The translations under genes were made by a program, and so were the position numbers. The notes beneath the pieces were generated by a model that saw only the letters and a program-made list of their open reading frames with translations, did not search any database and had not been told where the DNA came from. This document shows, one piece after another, positions 35,910-48,704 of a stretch of DNA of 64,000 bases (positions are counted from its first letter, which is position 1; each line of letters begins with the position of its first letter). Source of the DNA: Lingula anatina (taxonomy: Eukaryota; Animalia; Brachiopoda); the NCBI GenBank assembly GCA_051362555.1, contig CM120641.1, positions 25,860,401-25,924,400 on the forward strand, given 5' to 3'.

Positions 35910-38900
35910 CTGAAGAGACAAAATGAAATGGAAATATAATATACTAGTTTGTTCACACTCTTTATACACAGATTCATTTGTCAAAATTCTTTAAAACTCA
36001 AACAAGATCTTTATTTCACAATAACTGTATTGGAAATATTCCAAAGATTTCAAGAAATGACACCAAAATAATTTTTAAAAACTTTGAAGTTATGACATGT
36101 TTACAAATGCACATATAGCTATAACAATACTAACAAACATATGACCGTGGTAATAATCTACAAAGAATACAAAATTTCTTAAGGCAGAGATAGGATAGAT
36201 AGTGCTGATAAAATAAATATGCCTCCCCCATAAGAAGTCAATCAAACTATTTATAGCAACTTCTATCATTCCATGGACCATCAGTAAGAAAAAGATGACT
36301 GAAATCATACTTCTTTGCTTTTAATGACAAAAAAGGCAACACAAATATGTTCATAGTTATACCTGTTAGTGAGTACTCAAATAAAAGTAAACATCAGAAA
36401 CTGTGGGTACTTTCTGAGCCTGAATGTGCTTTATTAGTGCATCAAAGAAAAACTCTTTCAGACATATAAAAAATCATTAGCCAAACATTCTATGTCTGTG
36501 TACTTATTGGGTCAATATAATAAAGTACTTAAAAATATATGGGATGTTTATATAAGAACAGTATGTCCATAGAAATAAATCTGTTATCCTTGTTAACGCT
36601 GTTGATGCCTTACTTGTTAGTGAGAATAATCATTGTCTAATTTTCAGAAAAAACACAAGTGTTTCTGTTGGTATTGTCACTTGCACGTGCAGTGAAAAAA
36701 AAAGCTCCTTGTTTCAAGTATGAATCACAATATTGAACTGCCATAAAGTGTTTTTATTGAAATCAGACAGCTTTTTGTACTTATAATTTAACATCACTTA
36801 CTCACCTAAATCTTTCATGCACTACCAGCAGATATATATATGGAAAATTCCAACAAGTATATAAAATCCTACATTGTAGTTTATTTTTTAACATTGTTCT
36901 TAGTCATAACATATGCACCAACCTGCCTTTTTGAGTCCTATAAAATGCATTTATTTAAAGAAAATATTGTTAAATGGATTTCAACATGTAGAAATCTACA
37001 TTCAATTTACCAGTCAATGAAATAAACAGGTGAAAATTTTTGAGAAAATAACCAGCTATACACTTCACTCACTCAGGTGGACTAATGCTGGGTTGGTGGC
37101 TACAGATAAAACTGACTGAATATGTCTAAAAGAATAGGTTTCCTTATTGTAAGCTTAAATTTTATTTTGTATACACATATGTCGTTTCCAACAAAGCTAA
37201 TTTTAGTGAGGTCATGATTATGTAATGCAGGTGGAAGGGTAGTCGTCCAAGGGTCTTTGAGCAACATGTGGCTGCTTTGGTCAACACAGGTGTGAAGAAA
37301 AAAAATGCCACTTGAAATAACTCAACAACTTGATATAATTGGTAATTTGTGTATACCGTGTCATAGCTCTGGACAGAGTGAGAGACGGACAGTTCAGAGT
37401 TTGGAGATTTCATATACAACATGTTTGAGCTTCAACAAATCAAAATGTATCATTGCATGGGCATTATGTGTACTTGTTTTCTTTGTGCGACCTTCGTTAA
37501 ATCTGTCATGAACTGCCAAATCTTCAGGTTGGGCTAAGTTTGTTTAAAATGTAATGCTTTATTTTGAGCTCAAGCTTTTAAGCTTTTAAAAATTAAGCTT
37601 CACTAAATTTAGAGAAATTGAGGACACAGATTAAATTTTAGGTTCATTACATATTGTGAAAACACTCTACAGCATTGAGCTGTCTCCAAGACCTGAAGCA
37701 CCTCTTTAAAAAAATTACACCATTTGCAAACTTTTTCACAAATAAATACCACATACGTTTCCAAGAAAAAAATAATTCCATCGTTCAAATAGATTATGCT
37801 TTTAATCTAAATCTAGCTCAATTAACTTTCAATGTTTGTAAACATAAAGCTTTTATCATTCCGTCTTCACCTTATGGCAAGAATGTTCGTCGCCTTCATA
37901 AAGGTAAGTGTCTATAATAATATTGGCCTTCCCACGGTTGAAAACATCTGAGTGCTACTACATGTGCTGAACCTTAAAGTGGACTAGCGCCACTGAAAAT
38001 GTCATTCACCAGTGTGATGCCACACAGTAAGAACATACAGATGTGGAGAAACTGGTTAACCCACTAATAACTTCAACTACATAAACAGTCAAGTTCCTTG
38101 TGTAAACATAGACTATTTCCACTGGAAAGGATGTCTTAAAAAACTCCATAATTTTACCTGGCTGAACAAAAAATAGAGTTTATCTTTATAATGTTGTTAT
38201 TTGATAACATTTTTTTTTATAAAAGCAATGGTGAGATAAAAATAGTTGCATGACCACTTCCCTTCACCCACGACTATTAAATCTTCGAAACAGCATGCTG
38301 TTATAGAAATGCAGACAGTTGGCCAATTTGCCTTCAACCTTACCTTCCTTTTAATGCCTCTGCAGACCCAAGAGCATAAAATTTGTACTCAATAAGATAA
38401 ACCATTATTTTATGACAGTTTTGAAGAAATGTTTCGCTGTGGAACCTTCACCATTTCCAGTCAATTTTGACTTCTTTAATTTCTACTTTTTTTTCGTGTA
38501 AGGCACAGTATGAAAATAAGGCAATCATTTGCCTCATCACTTTTCAGTTGGCCCTGACAACAACATGGAGAATTGTACAACTGAGGATACTCTTGCTTGT
38601 CATTATGGCAACAGCTTTCAAGAATATGACCTCACCAATTTGTTTCCATCACCTTAAATCCAATTGTGGTCAATGCTCGCCAAAAAACAAGTGGCTCACA
38701 ATGGCGAAACTTTACATTATTTATGGTCCAATTCCACTTTGGTGATACTAGTGAGAGTAAAGCACTTAAATGCTCTTACAATCCTTCAGCAAACAAGTCA
38801 CATGGGTGAAATGAAAAAGGCTTACAGGCTTAAAATATACCAAGAAACTAAATACAAGGGCATTTCTCCTTATAAGACATCTTACAGTAAGGAATGTTGA

Positions 38901-38941
38901 GAGACAAAAGTTCATAAAGTTGTATGGCATGTGAAACTGCC

Positions 38942-38972
<31 letters not shown>

Positions 38973-39289
38973 ACATACACAAACACACGACAAAAAGGCA
39001 ATATTTATCTCGAATGTGGCTTCATAGTTTAAATATAAATGTGGGACTCTTGGGAGTATTTTCTGGTGTTAAATGGAATTGTGGCACTCTAAACTGTCAA
39101 TGTGGGAGACAATGTGACAACTTTAATATTTTGGCCCCAAGTTGTTTTAATTAACGTACATGTACCTTACCCAGAATAAGATTAGAACAATGTTCTCATT
39201 GATTTAGAATCAAGGAGTAACAAAAGTTATAAGTACTGGACAAGCTGATCACAGTGTATAAATGTGAAATCATGGGAAATCAGGATGTA

Positions 39290-39870
39290 TTAAAGTGGGT
39301 ACACTATTATCACCGTTTTACATAAAAAATGAGGATATTACATGAGAAGTGGATATACTCTTCTCATCGTTTTAATGGGTAAAAATGGGTACACTATCCT
39401 TATTGAGTAAGATAAGAAATGAGGGCATCATATCAGAAGTAGATGCATCACTCTTCTCATTGTGTTAGTAAAAATGGGTATGCTATCCTCATTGTGTTAG
39501 ATAAGAAATAAGGCACATGAGAAGTGGATGCACTCTTCTCATTGTGTTAGGGGAGTATGGGTACACAACCCTCACTGTGTTAGATAAAGAAAAATGGCCA
39601 TCATATGAGAAGTAAATGCATCACTCTTCTCGTTATGTTATAGGGATAAAATGGGTACACTTTCCTCATTTTATTAGATAAGAAATGAGACCATCACATA
39701 AAAAAGTGGATGCACTTTTTAATTGTGTTGGGTGGGATTGTGTTAGATAAGAAATGAGGCCATCACAAGAGAAGTGGATGTACTCTCCTGATTATATTAG
39801 GAGAGAAAAAAAGGAGGAGATTCTAGGTTGAAAATGGGACTGCTGATCTCATTGTGTTGGGTGAGATATG
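39290..39870. repeat. Diverged about 88-bp tandem repeat, about 6 copies
   Basis: atgggtacact..cctcattgtgttagataagaaatgag..gagaagtggatgcactcttctc at about 39295, 39385, 39474, 39557 and 39651. Confidence 0.8.
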
Positions 39871-39934
39871 ATAAAATATATCAGATTAACTAAGATTCAC
39901 CGCACTAGAGAGAAACTTGAGTCACTGCCCTTAC

Positions 39935-40031
39935 CTGTGAACACACTCGGAATTTTTGTCATAAAACTTTTGACTGTTCTAACGCAAACACCTGTCTGTT
40001 CATCTTGCATGCGCTCTAGTATGGCCTCCAT
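39935..40031 (-). CDS. RGS7: RGS7 coding exon 2 (MEAILERMQDEQTGVCVRTVKSFMTKIPSVFT)
   Basis: Acceptor ttttcag, donor gtaagg, 97 nt; start of the DEP domain. Confidence 0.96.
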
Positions 40032-41083
40032 CTGAAAAGATCATTGGTATCAAAATGAAAGAAAAAATATATTGTGGTTAAAAAACAAAAGAGTATATAT
40101 ACAAGTTGTCAACAAGTATTCAAAGTGACAAAAAATGGGGGGGGGGGGGGGGGATCTCCCCGATGCCAAAACTACACTGCAACAAAAATCTTAAATTATG
40201 TGAAATTCATTGATTCCTTTTGCATCAAAGATGCAGAAAATACTTTAATTCTTGTTAACTTGCAAGTTACTTTCTTGGCTTGTTTAATAATTTGTTAGTG
40301 GATAATCAATCATGTTTACAAACACCGAACAGATAGAAATGTTACAGGGAACACTGGTTATCCTTTTCACAATTAATAATTAATAAATAAGGGGAAGCTG
40401 TGGACATTTTGCATTTCATTTCAGGCTTTTTTATAAGTAACTACAATTCAAAATCACAAGGAAAAGTTTCAAAGATATACTACAGGTGAATAGCTTATAA
40501 AATTAATATCACCCAGACAAGTTCCATTGGCTTCATATTTCCCCCCACAACATCCCATATACCTAATAGGGAGCCAACACATGAACCATCCACTCAGATA
40601 ATCAATTCTGAATTGTATTAATTTGACTGACAAACCGATGTGTCATTCAGCAATTGAATACAGTACTGTGCATACAAGTATCATCTGGCATATGGTTTTC
40701 AAATAAAATTTTGAACTAGAATGTAATACAAGGAAAAGCTGACCTCACCTAAATTGAAAAACGATCTTATAATCATTGAAAAACGATCTTATAATCATTG
40801 AAAAATACCCAAATGAATTTTCAAAGTATACTATATGTTTTTCAACAAAGATTTTCGTTGTTGTGCAATCATCTCATAAATGGCATAGTGCCGTCCTATA
40901 AATGGCTCTCGCAGAAGAAGACCCTTTCCTTTCTCTATTTAACTATTGATTTTACAGTCAGATGCGATCCAGACCTTCCAATTATATTATCAGACACTAT
41001 GAGATGATTTATGATTCCTGCTTTTTCATAACTACAGAACAACATGGAGAGGGAGAGAGGGGTCTTGCACTGAATTCAATATA

Positions 41084-41295
41084 GGGACCATTCCCATAAT
41101 CCTACTGTACTAGCAGGATCGATATATCTCTGAGGGGATTTCTCTGAGGGGATTTCTAAGTGTGCACGAAAGTTATTTAGCACCCTAGCAGATTCAGTGG
41201 GCATGACAGATATTTGAGCCGCTTAAACTGAATGCAATTTAAAGAGAAGAACCTTAGATCGATCCCGTAGTATGACAGGTTTATGGGAACCCAGT
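41084..41295. mobile_element. MITE family A copy
   Basis: Homologous to 5310-5533. Confidence 0.75.
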
Positions 41296-44200
41296 CATCG
41301 AGGCTGTTGTTCATATGCACCATCTGCTACAGGAAGCTGAACTATTTCACTGTATGCATCTGAGCATCATCAAGTTCTTTCCTCTAAATGATAAAATAAT
41401 ATCCAGTTTTCATAGTCCTTAAATACCTTCAACCCATCATTAAGCTTACTGATGATAATAGTAAATTATACAATTCATCAGCTATAGGCTATACGTGTAC
41501 TTATTATTCGCATGGATGACGGCAGGCATTCTTGATCTAGACTGCCAGCGATAACAGGGTATTCAAACCCATTTGGACTAGCAATGGATATTTGCACAAT
41601 ATGCGGAAGTTTAATGCCCACGAAGTAGATGACAATACGATTACGCATGATTATGGGTACATGTACTCTAATGCCACATGCTTGTTTCATACGGAGATAT
41701 CCAAGCACAGTTGTATGTGACTCAGGTTTATTCCTTTTTAAAATAATGAAAAATGCTTCGTGCGTGAAATGAATAGGAAACAAAGGAAAGAAAATGTTGA
41801 ATCTCTTCACCCAAAACTTAAGTTATAGAAGGGTCACCTTTCTCTGAGAAATAAAAGTTCTCAAAAATTTCACATTCTTGTCCACACTGGAATACTGATG
41901 ATATGCAATAAGACTAAGGCTACTTGATGGAGACATACAAAAGAATCTCGCACTCAAATGAGGTGGTAGTTGCTGCTTATTTCACTCATTTCTTTAACAT
42001 TAAAGAAGCACTCTGAAGAAGTTCCAGACCATATATTTTTTTTTACATGTTATTTAATACTCCATTGTTAAGACTGAGTGTTGGAGACAACCGATTGAAG
42101 CAATTTTTCTATTTGTCTAAAAATGAAAAGTACTAAGTAGACATCCTTTTAATTTGGGTCATTACAAGTCTGTGTGATGGTAATATATTATAGGTAATTT
42201 CAATGCAAGGAGAAAAACAAACATTTATCAACATGATTTCTACATGTACAGATCCAATACATGGAAATACTAGCTTTACACATCATGGCAATCGCCATAT
42301 TTTTTGGGCACTTGAAGATAACAGAAAGCAGACATGCCATTTTTGTATTTATCTAAATGATAATCAAAGAGACTGCTTTTCTGTGTAATAACACCACCAA
42401 CATTAGTGGTTTGAAAAGAAAGGGGGGAAGAGGAACGATCACACCACATGAATACTGATCTGGTATTTTGGCATTCCTGCTTTCTACATACACTGTATTA
42501 ACTTTGGATGGCAGTTTGGCACACAGCTGGCAAATGCCTTGTAACTTTGAGGGAATACACCAGTAATCGCTTCATAGAAAGTCAAGAAATGGCAATTTTG
42601 GCTGTCTTACCAAATAAATACCAATGAAATGTGACAATTATTACTATTCCCTACAGAGATCCAGTCAATTATGATTATGGTTAAAATACAATTGAAACCT
42701 AACAAGATTGCTGTATGAATATAGGAGGGCAAGGAAGGATGGAAAAAAGATGGGAATGCACTGAATAATATATATCATTACCTATTTGGAGTTTTAATCA
42801 AATCAACATTTATTGATAAAAATTATCATATGTGCTGTTCTTCTGACTTTGAACAGATTAATTGGGACTTATGGAAGTAATGTAAAAAGGGAATTGGTCT
42901 TCAATTAAAAAATTATCAGAAATAATTTTTAAAAGTTTATCAATCATCTGTTAAATAATAGAAGACTTTAAAAAATTACTACAATACATGCAATAACCCT
43001 AAATGTAAGTGGCAATCATTTATCATACCTATTACGTGTATGAAATAAAATTAATAAACTTTGAATCGTATGAAATCAAATTATGTTTCAAGAAGTAGAC
43101 AGTACTAAAAACAGCACAACAAGGAAAAAGCTGCTACATGTATGGTTTCATGGAAACTTATTTCAAATGTGCTAGCAGATCGATGCCTCTTGCAGTTATC
43201 TGGAAGCTACAATTTCAATCAATGCCATTAGAACTAATAGAGGATAGAGAGCATTTGGAGTACACCAGCTACACAAGGACAGTGAGTTGGAGGGCCTTGG
43301 GGGGGGGGGAGGGAGTAGGAGGAGGTATATCTTTACACATGGACCTCCCCATAGTAGACAAAGGTTGTTCACAGTGCACCTGAGTAACACAAGGCCAAAT
43401 GTACCCCTGGAGTGTGAACACAATCCTCCCCCCCCCCCCCACTCTAGCTCTCCATATAGTGCATAATGTTTTCTGATGAAAAAAGGGCATTCAGAGTGAA
43501 AAAGAATCACAGGTAAAATGTAGTGTGTGTGTGTGTGTGTGTGTGTGAACATGCATGCATGTGTGTGTGTGTGAGTGTGTTTTCAACCTCTTCCCCACTC
43601 CCCATAGTGCAACAGGATTTGATAGGAAGATGTATCCCCCCCCCCCTCCATGAATAAACATTGAAAATCAGAACAAATAATAGCATATAACAAGTATTGA
43701 AGTATTGAGGGCAGAAGTTCTAGAGAACATAAAAAGGTAGTAGATGTATGAGCTATACAAAATACGTATACCTCTCCTCAAGTGTAAATTAATGCCATCA
43801 ATATGGAATTCGAGATAATTGTTTCCCAGAACTCCCTGTTTTGACCAAAATAATATCTTCTAAAAGGCATCTCTTTTTAATTTGGAATTGGGGAAAAAAA
43901 AACTCAGATACTAGTTAATTACAAAAAAAAAAAAAAAAAAAAACCTTTTGTAGCACACAGACCTTGATCTAAATTAACACCAGGTCATGTAAGGGGCAAG
44001 TCCAGTACAAGTCACTGGTGATTAGAATTTTTGGCAGTGAGCTAATTAAGTTCTTAGAATTTGCCAAATGACCAAAGAGTGAACTTCACATAGTTATTTA
44101 AGAACACTGTCTCAAATATGACTCAAATATACATACAAATATAACATTCCAAGATAAATATATAAGAACAACCTTCCTCTCATTTCCATCTCTTACAATT

Positions 44201-45611
44201 GATACTGAAACAATTTAAACTTGATATAAAATTATTCTATCATCTGAAAACATTTACCTTATTATTTTTATTTTTTCAGACGTTCTTTATTAAATACAAG
44301 GAGAAGTGCAACTAATCACTTTCAAACATTTCATAACACGGTTCAGAGAATAGAATCCTGAAAATAATGACAAATAGCTGCTTTCCAAATTACATTCAGT
44401 GAAACACTTCATGTTATTCTGATTACGTTTCAGTATTTTTTTTCCTATGAAAGAAGTTATCTCGATGGTTTAATAATGAAGTTGATTTATAGCAAAGATT
44501 CCTGTGTTTCTTGTCAAGAAAAGGAAAATGGCGTATAGCTCACAGCAACTTTAACATATTTTCAAAAACGGCTTTTTGTTTCCAATTTTCCAAATAATTT
44601 GCCTACGAAAATTACAGAGGTTTGAAGTGCATTGTACAGTTTTTAATCAGTTTACTTTTAAATAACATAAACGTGTATTTTACCATTTTATGTTTCCTGA
44701 ATAACTTTTTCCCATAACAAGTGAAAATTTGCATAGGATGATATCTTTTCAAACAAATTTCAATGTAAATGGCATTGAAACTTCAAAAAAACATTCAAAA
44801 AGGCAAACAATATGTTTTGAACCTGGTGGCTTACACTTTCCCAGATGCGGCATTTCCCTGGCACTTTTCCATGATGAAAGCTCTGTTACTGGGAATAAAA
44901 GAGCCCCAAGCAGGCAAAGGCTTTTCTTTTTTCTACAGTAGTCCATACTTAGTCAATAACTTGTTTGACAATTACATCCCTAATTCTGGTACTTCACCTC
45001 AGAGCGGGTTTATATTCAATATGTATACTGAGAAATGACAGCAAAAGCTTATGATGTTTTATCTACGCCAGGTTCTCATACCACAGTATTCTTTCTGGAC
45101 TGTTCTAATTGTCAAAGACCAATGGTACCATGCATGGTATACAATAGATGTATTTCTAATAAATGGGTTATTGTCACCAGTGAATGCAGAAATAAGTGCT
45201 GAGACTTTAAAAAAAAACTGAAAATTTTGATGCAAGCTGCATTTAAAATCATTTGTGATATACAACCTAACATAGTTTGATCAGTCTTTGCTATGCCTAA
45301 ATCTGCACTGTGATCAAAACAGCCCTAGGTACTAAATTACCAATCTGCTGTTAAATACCACAATCCTACTTCCAAGGATAGATAAGTATGTGTTAATTGA
45401 ACAATCACTTACAACTATGATATTACAAAATGGCTATATTTTTGTCACATAGGATCTATAGCCATCTTGAGATCTTTAAAAAATGCAGCATGCATGTACA
45501 TGTGCCTTGGCCATTTCTGCATAAAAATGTCAAGTACATGTACGGGTATGGGACAAATATAAGGAGGCCATCTTGGCTAGTCACATGATCACATATCACT
45601 GCATCGTTAAT

Positions 45612-45650
<39 letters not shown>

Positions 45651-46176
45651 CTACATATAGCTAAATCCCATGTGCGTATACATACATGCTTAACTCAAAC
45701 TTGGTATCACCACATTGTAAGACAGCCAGAATACCAAACCCTTTGACGAGTTGGCACATACTGAAACTTTAGTCTCTAGAGAAATTAGTTGTTAGGGCTG
45801 AAAAAGCACACCATTGGTTCTGTACATACCAGGTAATTAAATCATCGTCTCACTCTCTTTTATGTGCAAATTATTTACAAGTACAAAACTGCTTTGATTT
45901 TGACTGCTGATAACGAATTCTAGAAATTATGGACTGTTTTTTGTTGTTTTCCAGTTGAAATTATCATCTATGAAAATGATGCTATCATCACTTCATCTTT
46001 TGTATGCAAATTATGCATAAAAACTTAAAAACTTATTATATTTTACTTTTGTGTTTTTTCATGATAGTGACAACTTTTGTAAAGATGCAATTTGGATAAT
46101 CTGTCTGATTTTAGAATGTAATGGTACAACTTGCATAATTAGCTTACTTCAATATAATAATAAGAAGAAGAAGAAC

Positions 46177-46215
<39 letters not shown>

Positions 46216-46542
46216 AGCATCATTTTAAATTTGTGTTGGGCACCCCTGAAGGCAAAACAGAAGTAGGGCAAAAGAATGGAAGAAGTTATTTTATTTTCTA
46301 ATATAAATATGATCCAGTTTTGCCTGTTGATAATATAGCATTTCCTTTTTATAATTCATCCAGTTGGACACTCTTGATAGTTTTGTCAATTTATTGCAGC
46401 AATGACTTGTTAAGTACAAAATACCCATCTAAATTTTCATGTTGAAATAACATGAAGTGTTTCACTGAATGTAATTTGGAAAGCAGCTATTTGTCATTAT
46501 TTTCAGGATTCTATTCTCCGAACCGTGTTATGAATCACTCAC

Positions 46543-46656
46543 CTTTTTGTAAGTCATCCAGTTGGGATTATCCTCATGACTCTGTCCATTGGCTGAGCCA
46601 GCATCGTGGCGCTTGTATCTGTAAGCCATGCTGCGCTTCTCGGCTGCTCTGACCAT
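46543..46656 (-). CDS. RGS7: RGS7 coding exon 1 (MVRAAEKRSMAYRYKRHDAGSANGQSHEDNPNWMTYKK)
   Basis: Donor AAG|gtgagt at phase 0. EDNPNWMTYKK resembles RGS7 DESPNMLVYRK. An acceptor ttgtag places the exon start at 46713, so a further 5' exon lies upstream. Confidence 0.85.
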
Positions 46657-47590
46657 GGAGAGAGAGTTGTGGACGCCACGCCTTTCAGCCCACTTCTATG
46701 ACATCACTTCAGCCTACAACTAATAAGAGAAATAATCACAAGCTAGTCTTCCATATACATACTGCTATTACTGCAAATATCATAACATTGGATTTCAAAG
46801 TGGTTGTTACGCACTGCTTTCGCATAACTTCGACTGGAGAAAAAAATCATAGGCCATTACATAGGAAATAACTGTCATCATGGCAAATGCTATTACAGTG
46901 ACATTAATAGGTTTTAAAGGTCTTGTTGCCCCTGCTACAACATTACTCCTACCTAGAGCCAAAAACAGAACAAACACTGATGAGTAAAACTGTTATCACT
47001 GCATACAATGTGAATGTGATGGTATTTTTATGAAATTGTTGCCCAATGTAACCAAAAAAACCCTGAGGTGAGCCTTCTACCAAGAAAATCAAGATTTTAA
47101 AAAAGGGCACCAGGGGAGACAGGATTGTGCCAGAAGTGCAGGTCATATATATATGCATTGAGCGGTATAAGTCGTGAAGCTGCCTGGTCATTTTAGCTAG
47201 AGGTATGTGGGAAGGGAGCCATGAGTGCAAAGTTTAAGCAGATTTTCGACCGCTTGTTTTGATTACATTTTTTTCTTTTGGAATTTTGAGCAGAGAATAC
47301 TTGTTGAAATACAGGATACATCGTATGAAAATGTGTCACGAAGGTTGAAGGTGCAAAATCGTGCTTATTTTCAGTCAACTTGTTTCCTAATAACTTGCTG
47401 CATCAACCGACAGCACAACAAAGAACATCAGAGAAAAAATCCTGTGAGGCTGTAAATCGTTGTCAGGTGCCAATTTTGCATGTATGCAATTTGATATGCC
47501 CATATCTAATTATTCTTTGGTGTTTTATGGTAAGTGCCATAATTATGATGATGTTTTAGAATTCTTTAAGGACGTGCATGGTACATCCAG

Positions 47591-47750
47591 GGGGTGCATC
47601 TTGATAGTCCGATAAGTTCATTGATCTGCAGGTTCATTGGTCTAAAGCTTCTTTGGTTAAAAAAATCATATCATTTTCGTCACTTTTTCATAAAAAGGTC
47701 CATTGGTTGTAAGGCTCTATAGTGAACATTCGGACTATTATTGTGCACCT
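47591..47750. mobile_element. Degenerate MITE family D relative
   Basis: ggggtgcatcttgatagtccga...ttcggactattattgtgcacc; contains ggttcattggtc motifs as in 7492-7664. Confidence 0.5.
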
Positions 47751-48355
47751 CAGTCCAGCTACAGCCTCCACTTGTACAAAAAAATAATAATAATCGCTAT
47801 TAATCGGCCATGTAGCTTGCAGGAGCTCCGTTTAGGCTATTCTCTTGCGTAATATGCCAGGCTATTAATCAGGCTGTCAATCTTTCAAAACGAAACACTA
47901 GAGATGGAGCGCCAAATAAAAATAGAACTTTCAATGTTAAAAGGTCCCATTGTTCAATACTAACAATTTCCAGGCAGCCTTTTTCATTCATGCCCAATCA
48001 TTTTTCTTGTCTGTCACTGTAGTCGAAAATGCATGGCATTAGAAAGAAGACTTTTCCACATTTCTGTACCATAGAGATGTCCTATTCATTCCAGATTATG
48101 AAAGTAATGTAGGCACTTTACTGTAATAAAAAAGACGCTATTTTTCTATGACTGCATGGTCGATCATTATTAAGAAATGCATAAAATTCTCTCAACAGTG
48201 GAATGCTTAGCAATAAATCTACTTGCCAGTTACTGGTGGCATGGAACCGATTCTATCTTTAACTCTCTCTAAAAAAAAAAAAAAATCCTGCTGATGCAAA
48301 AATTAAAAATATACCCTGGGGTACAGAAGGGCATCTGTAGGGTCTATTTCTCTAA

Positions 48356-48543
48356 GAGCGCATTCAGACCAGCAGACTAACAGATCCTTGAATCAAATAT
48401 GGCAACCCATATTAAAAAGCTTGCAGCTTGATTCCTCGATTAAATACTGAATGGATTCCCTGCAGGGATTATACAACAAGCATTCAAGTTGGTCAGCCAT
48501 ATTTGATCCGTGGATCTGTTAGTCTCCTGTTCTGAATGCGCTC
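48356..48543. mobile_element. Tourist/Harbinger-like palindromic MITE with TAA TSD
   Basis: taa|gagcgcattcagaccagcagactaacagatcc...ggatctgttagtctcctgttctgaatgcgctc|taa. Confidence 0.8.
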
Positions 48544-48606
48544 TAAAAAGATTTTAAGACTGGAAGCTGACCTTAACTTCAAAACCACTTTTAATTTATT
48601 GTAACC

Positions 48607-48610
<4 letters not shown>

Positions 48611-48701
<91 letters not shown>
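48611..48701. repeat. (AT)n followed by poly-T
   Basis: Directly visible in the sequence. Confidence 0.95.

Positions 48702-48704
<3 letters not shown>

Noticed and set aside
38338-38360. Possible 16-nt RGS micro-exon (cag|AGGCATTAAAAGGAAG|gtaagg)
   Set aside because: It would break the reading frame, and exons 2 and 3 already join in frame.
41478-41810. 110-aa minus-strand ORF in a slightly CpG-rich patch
   Set aside because: It has no recognisable motif or fitting splice sites; probably chance or an old repeat fragment.
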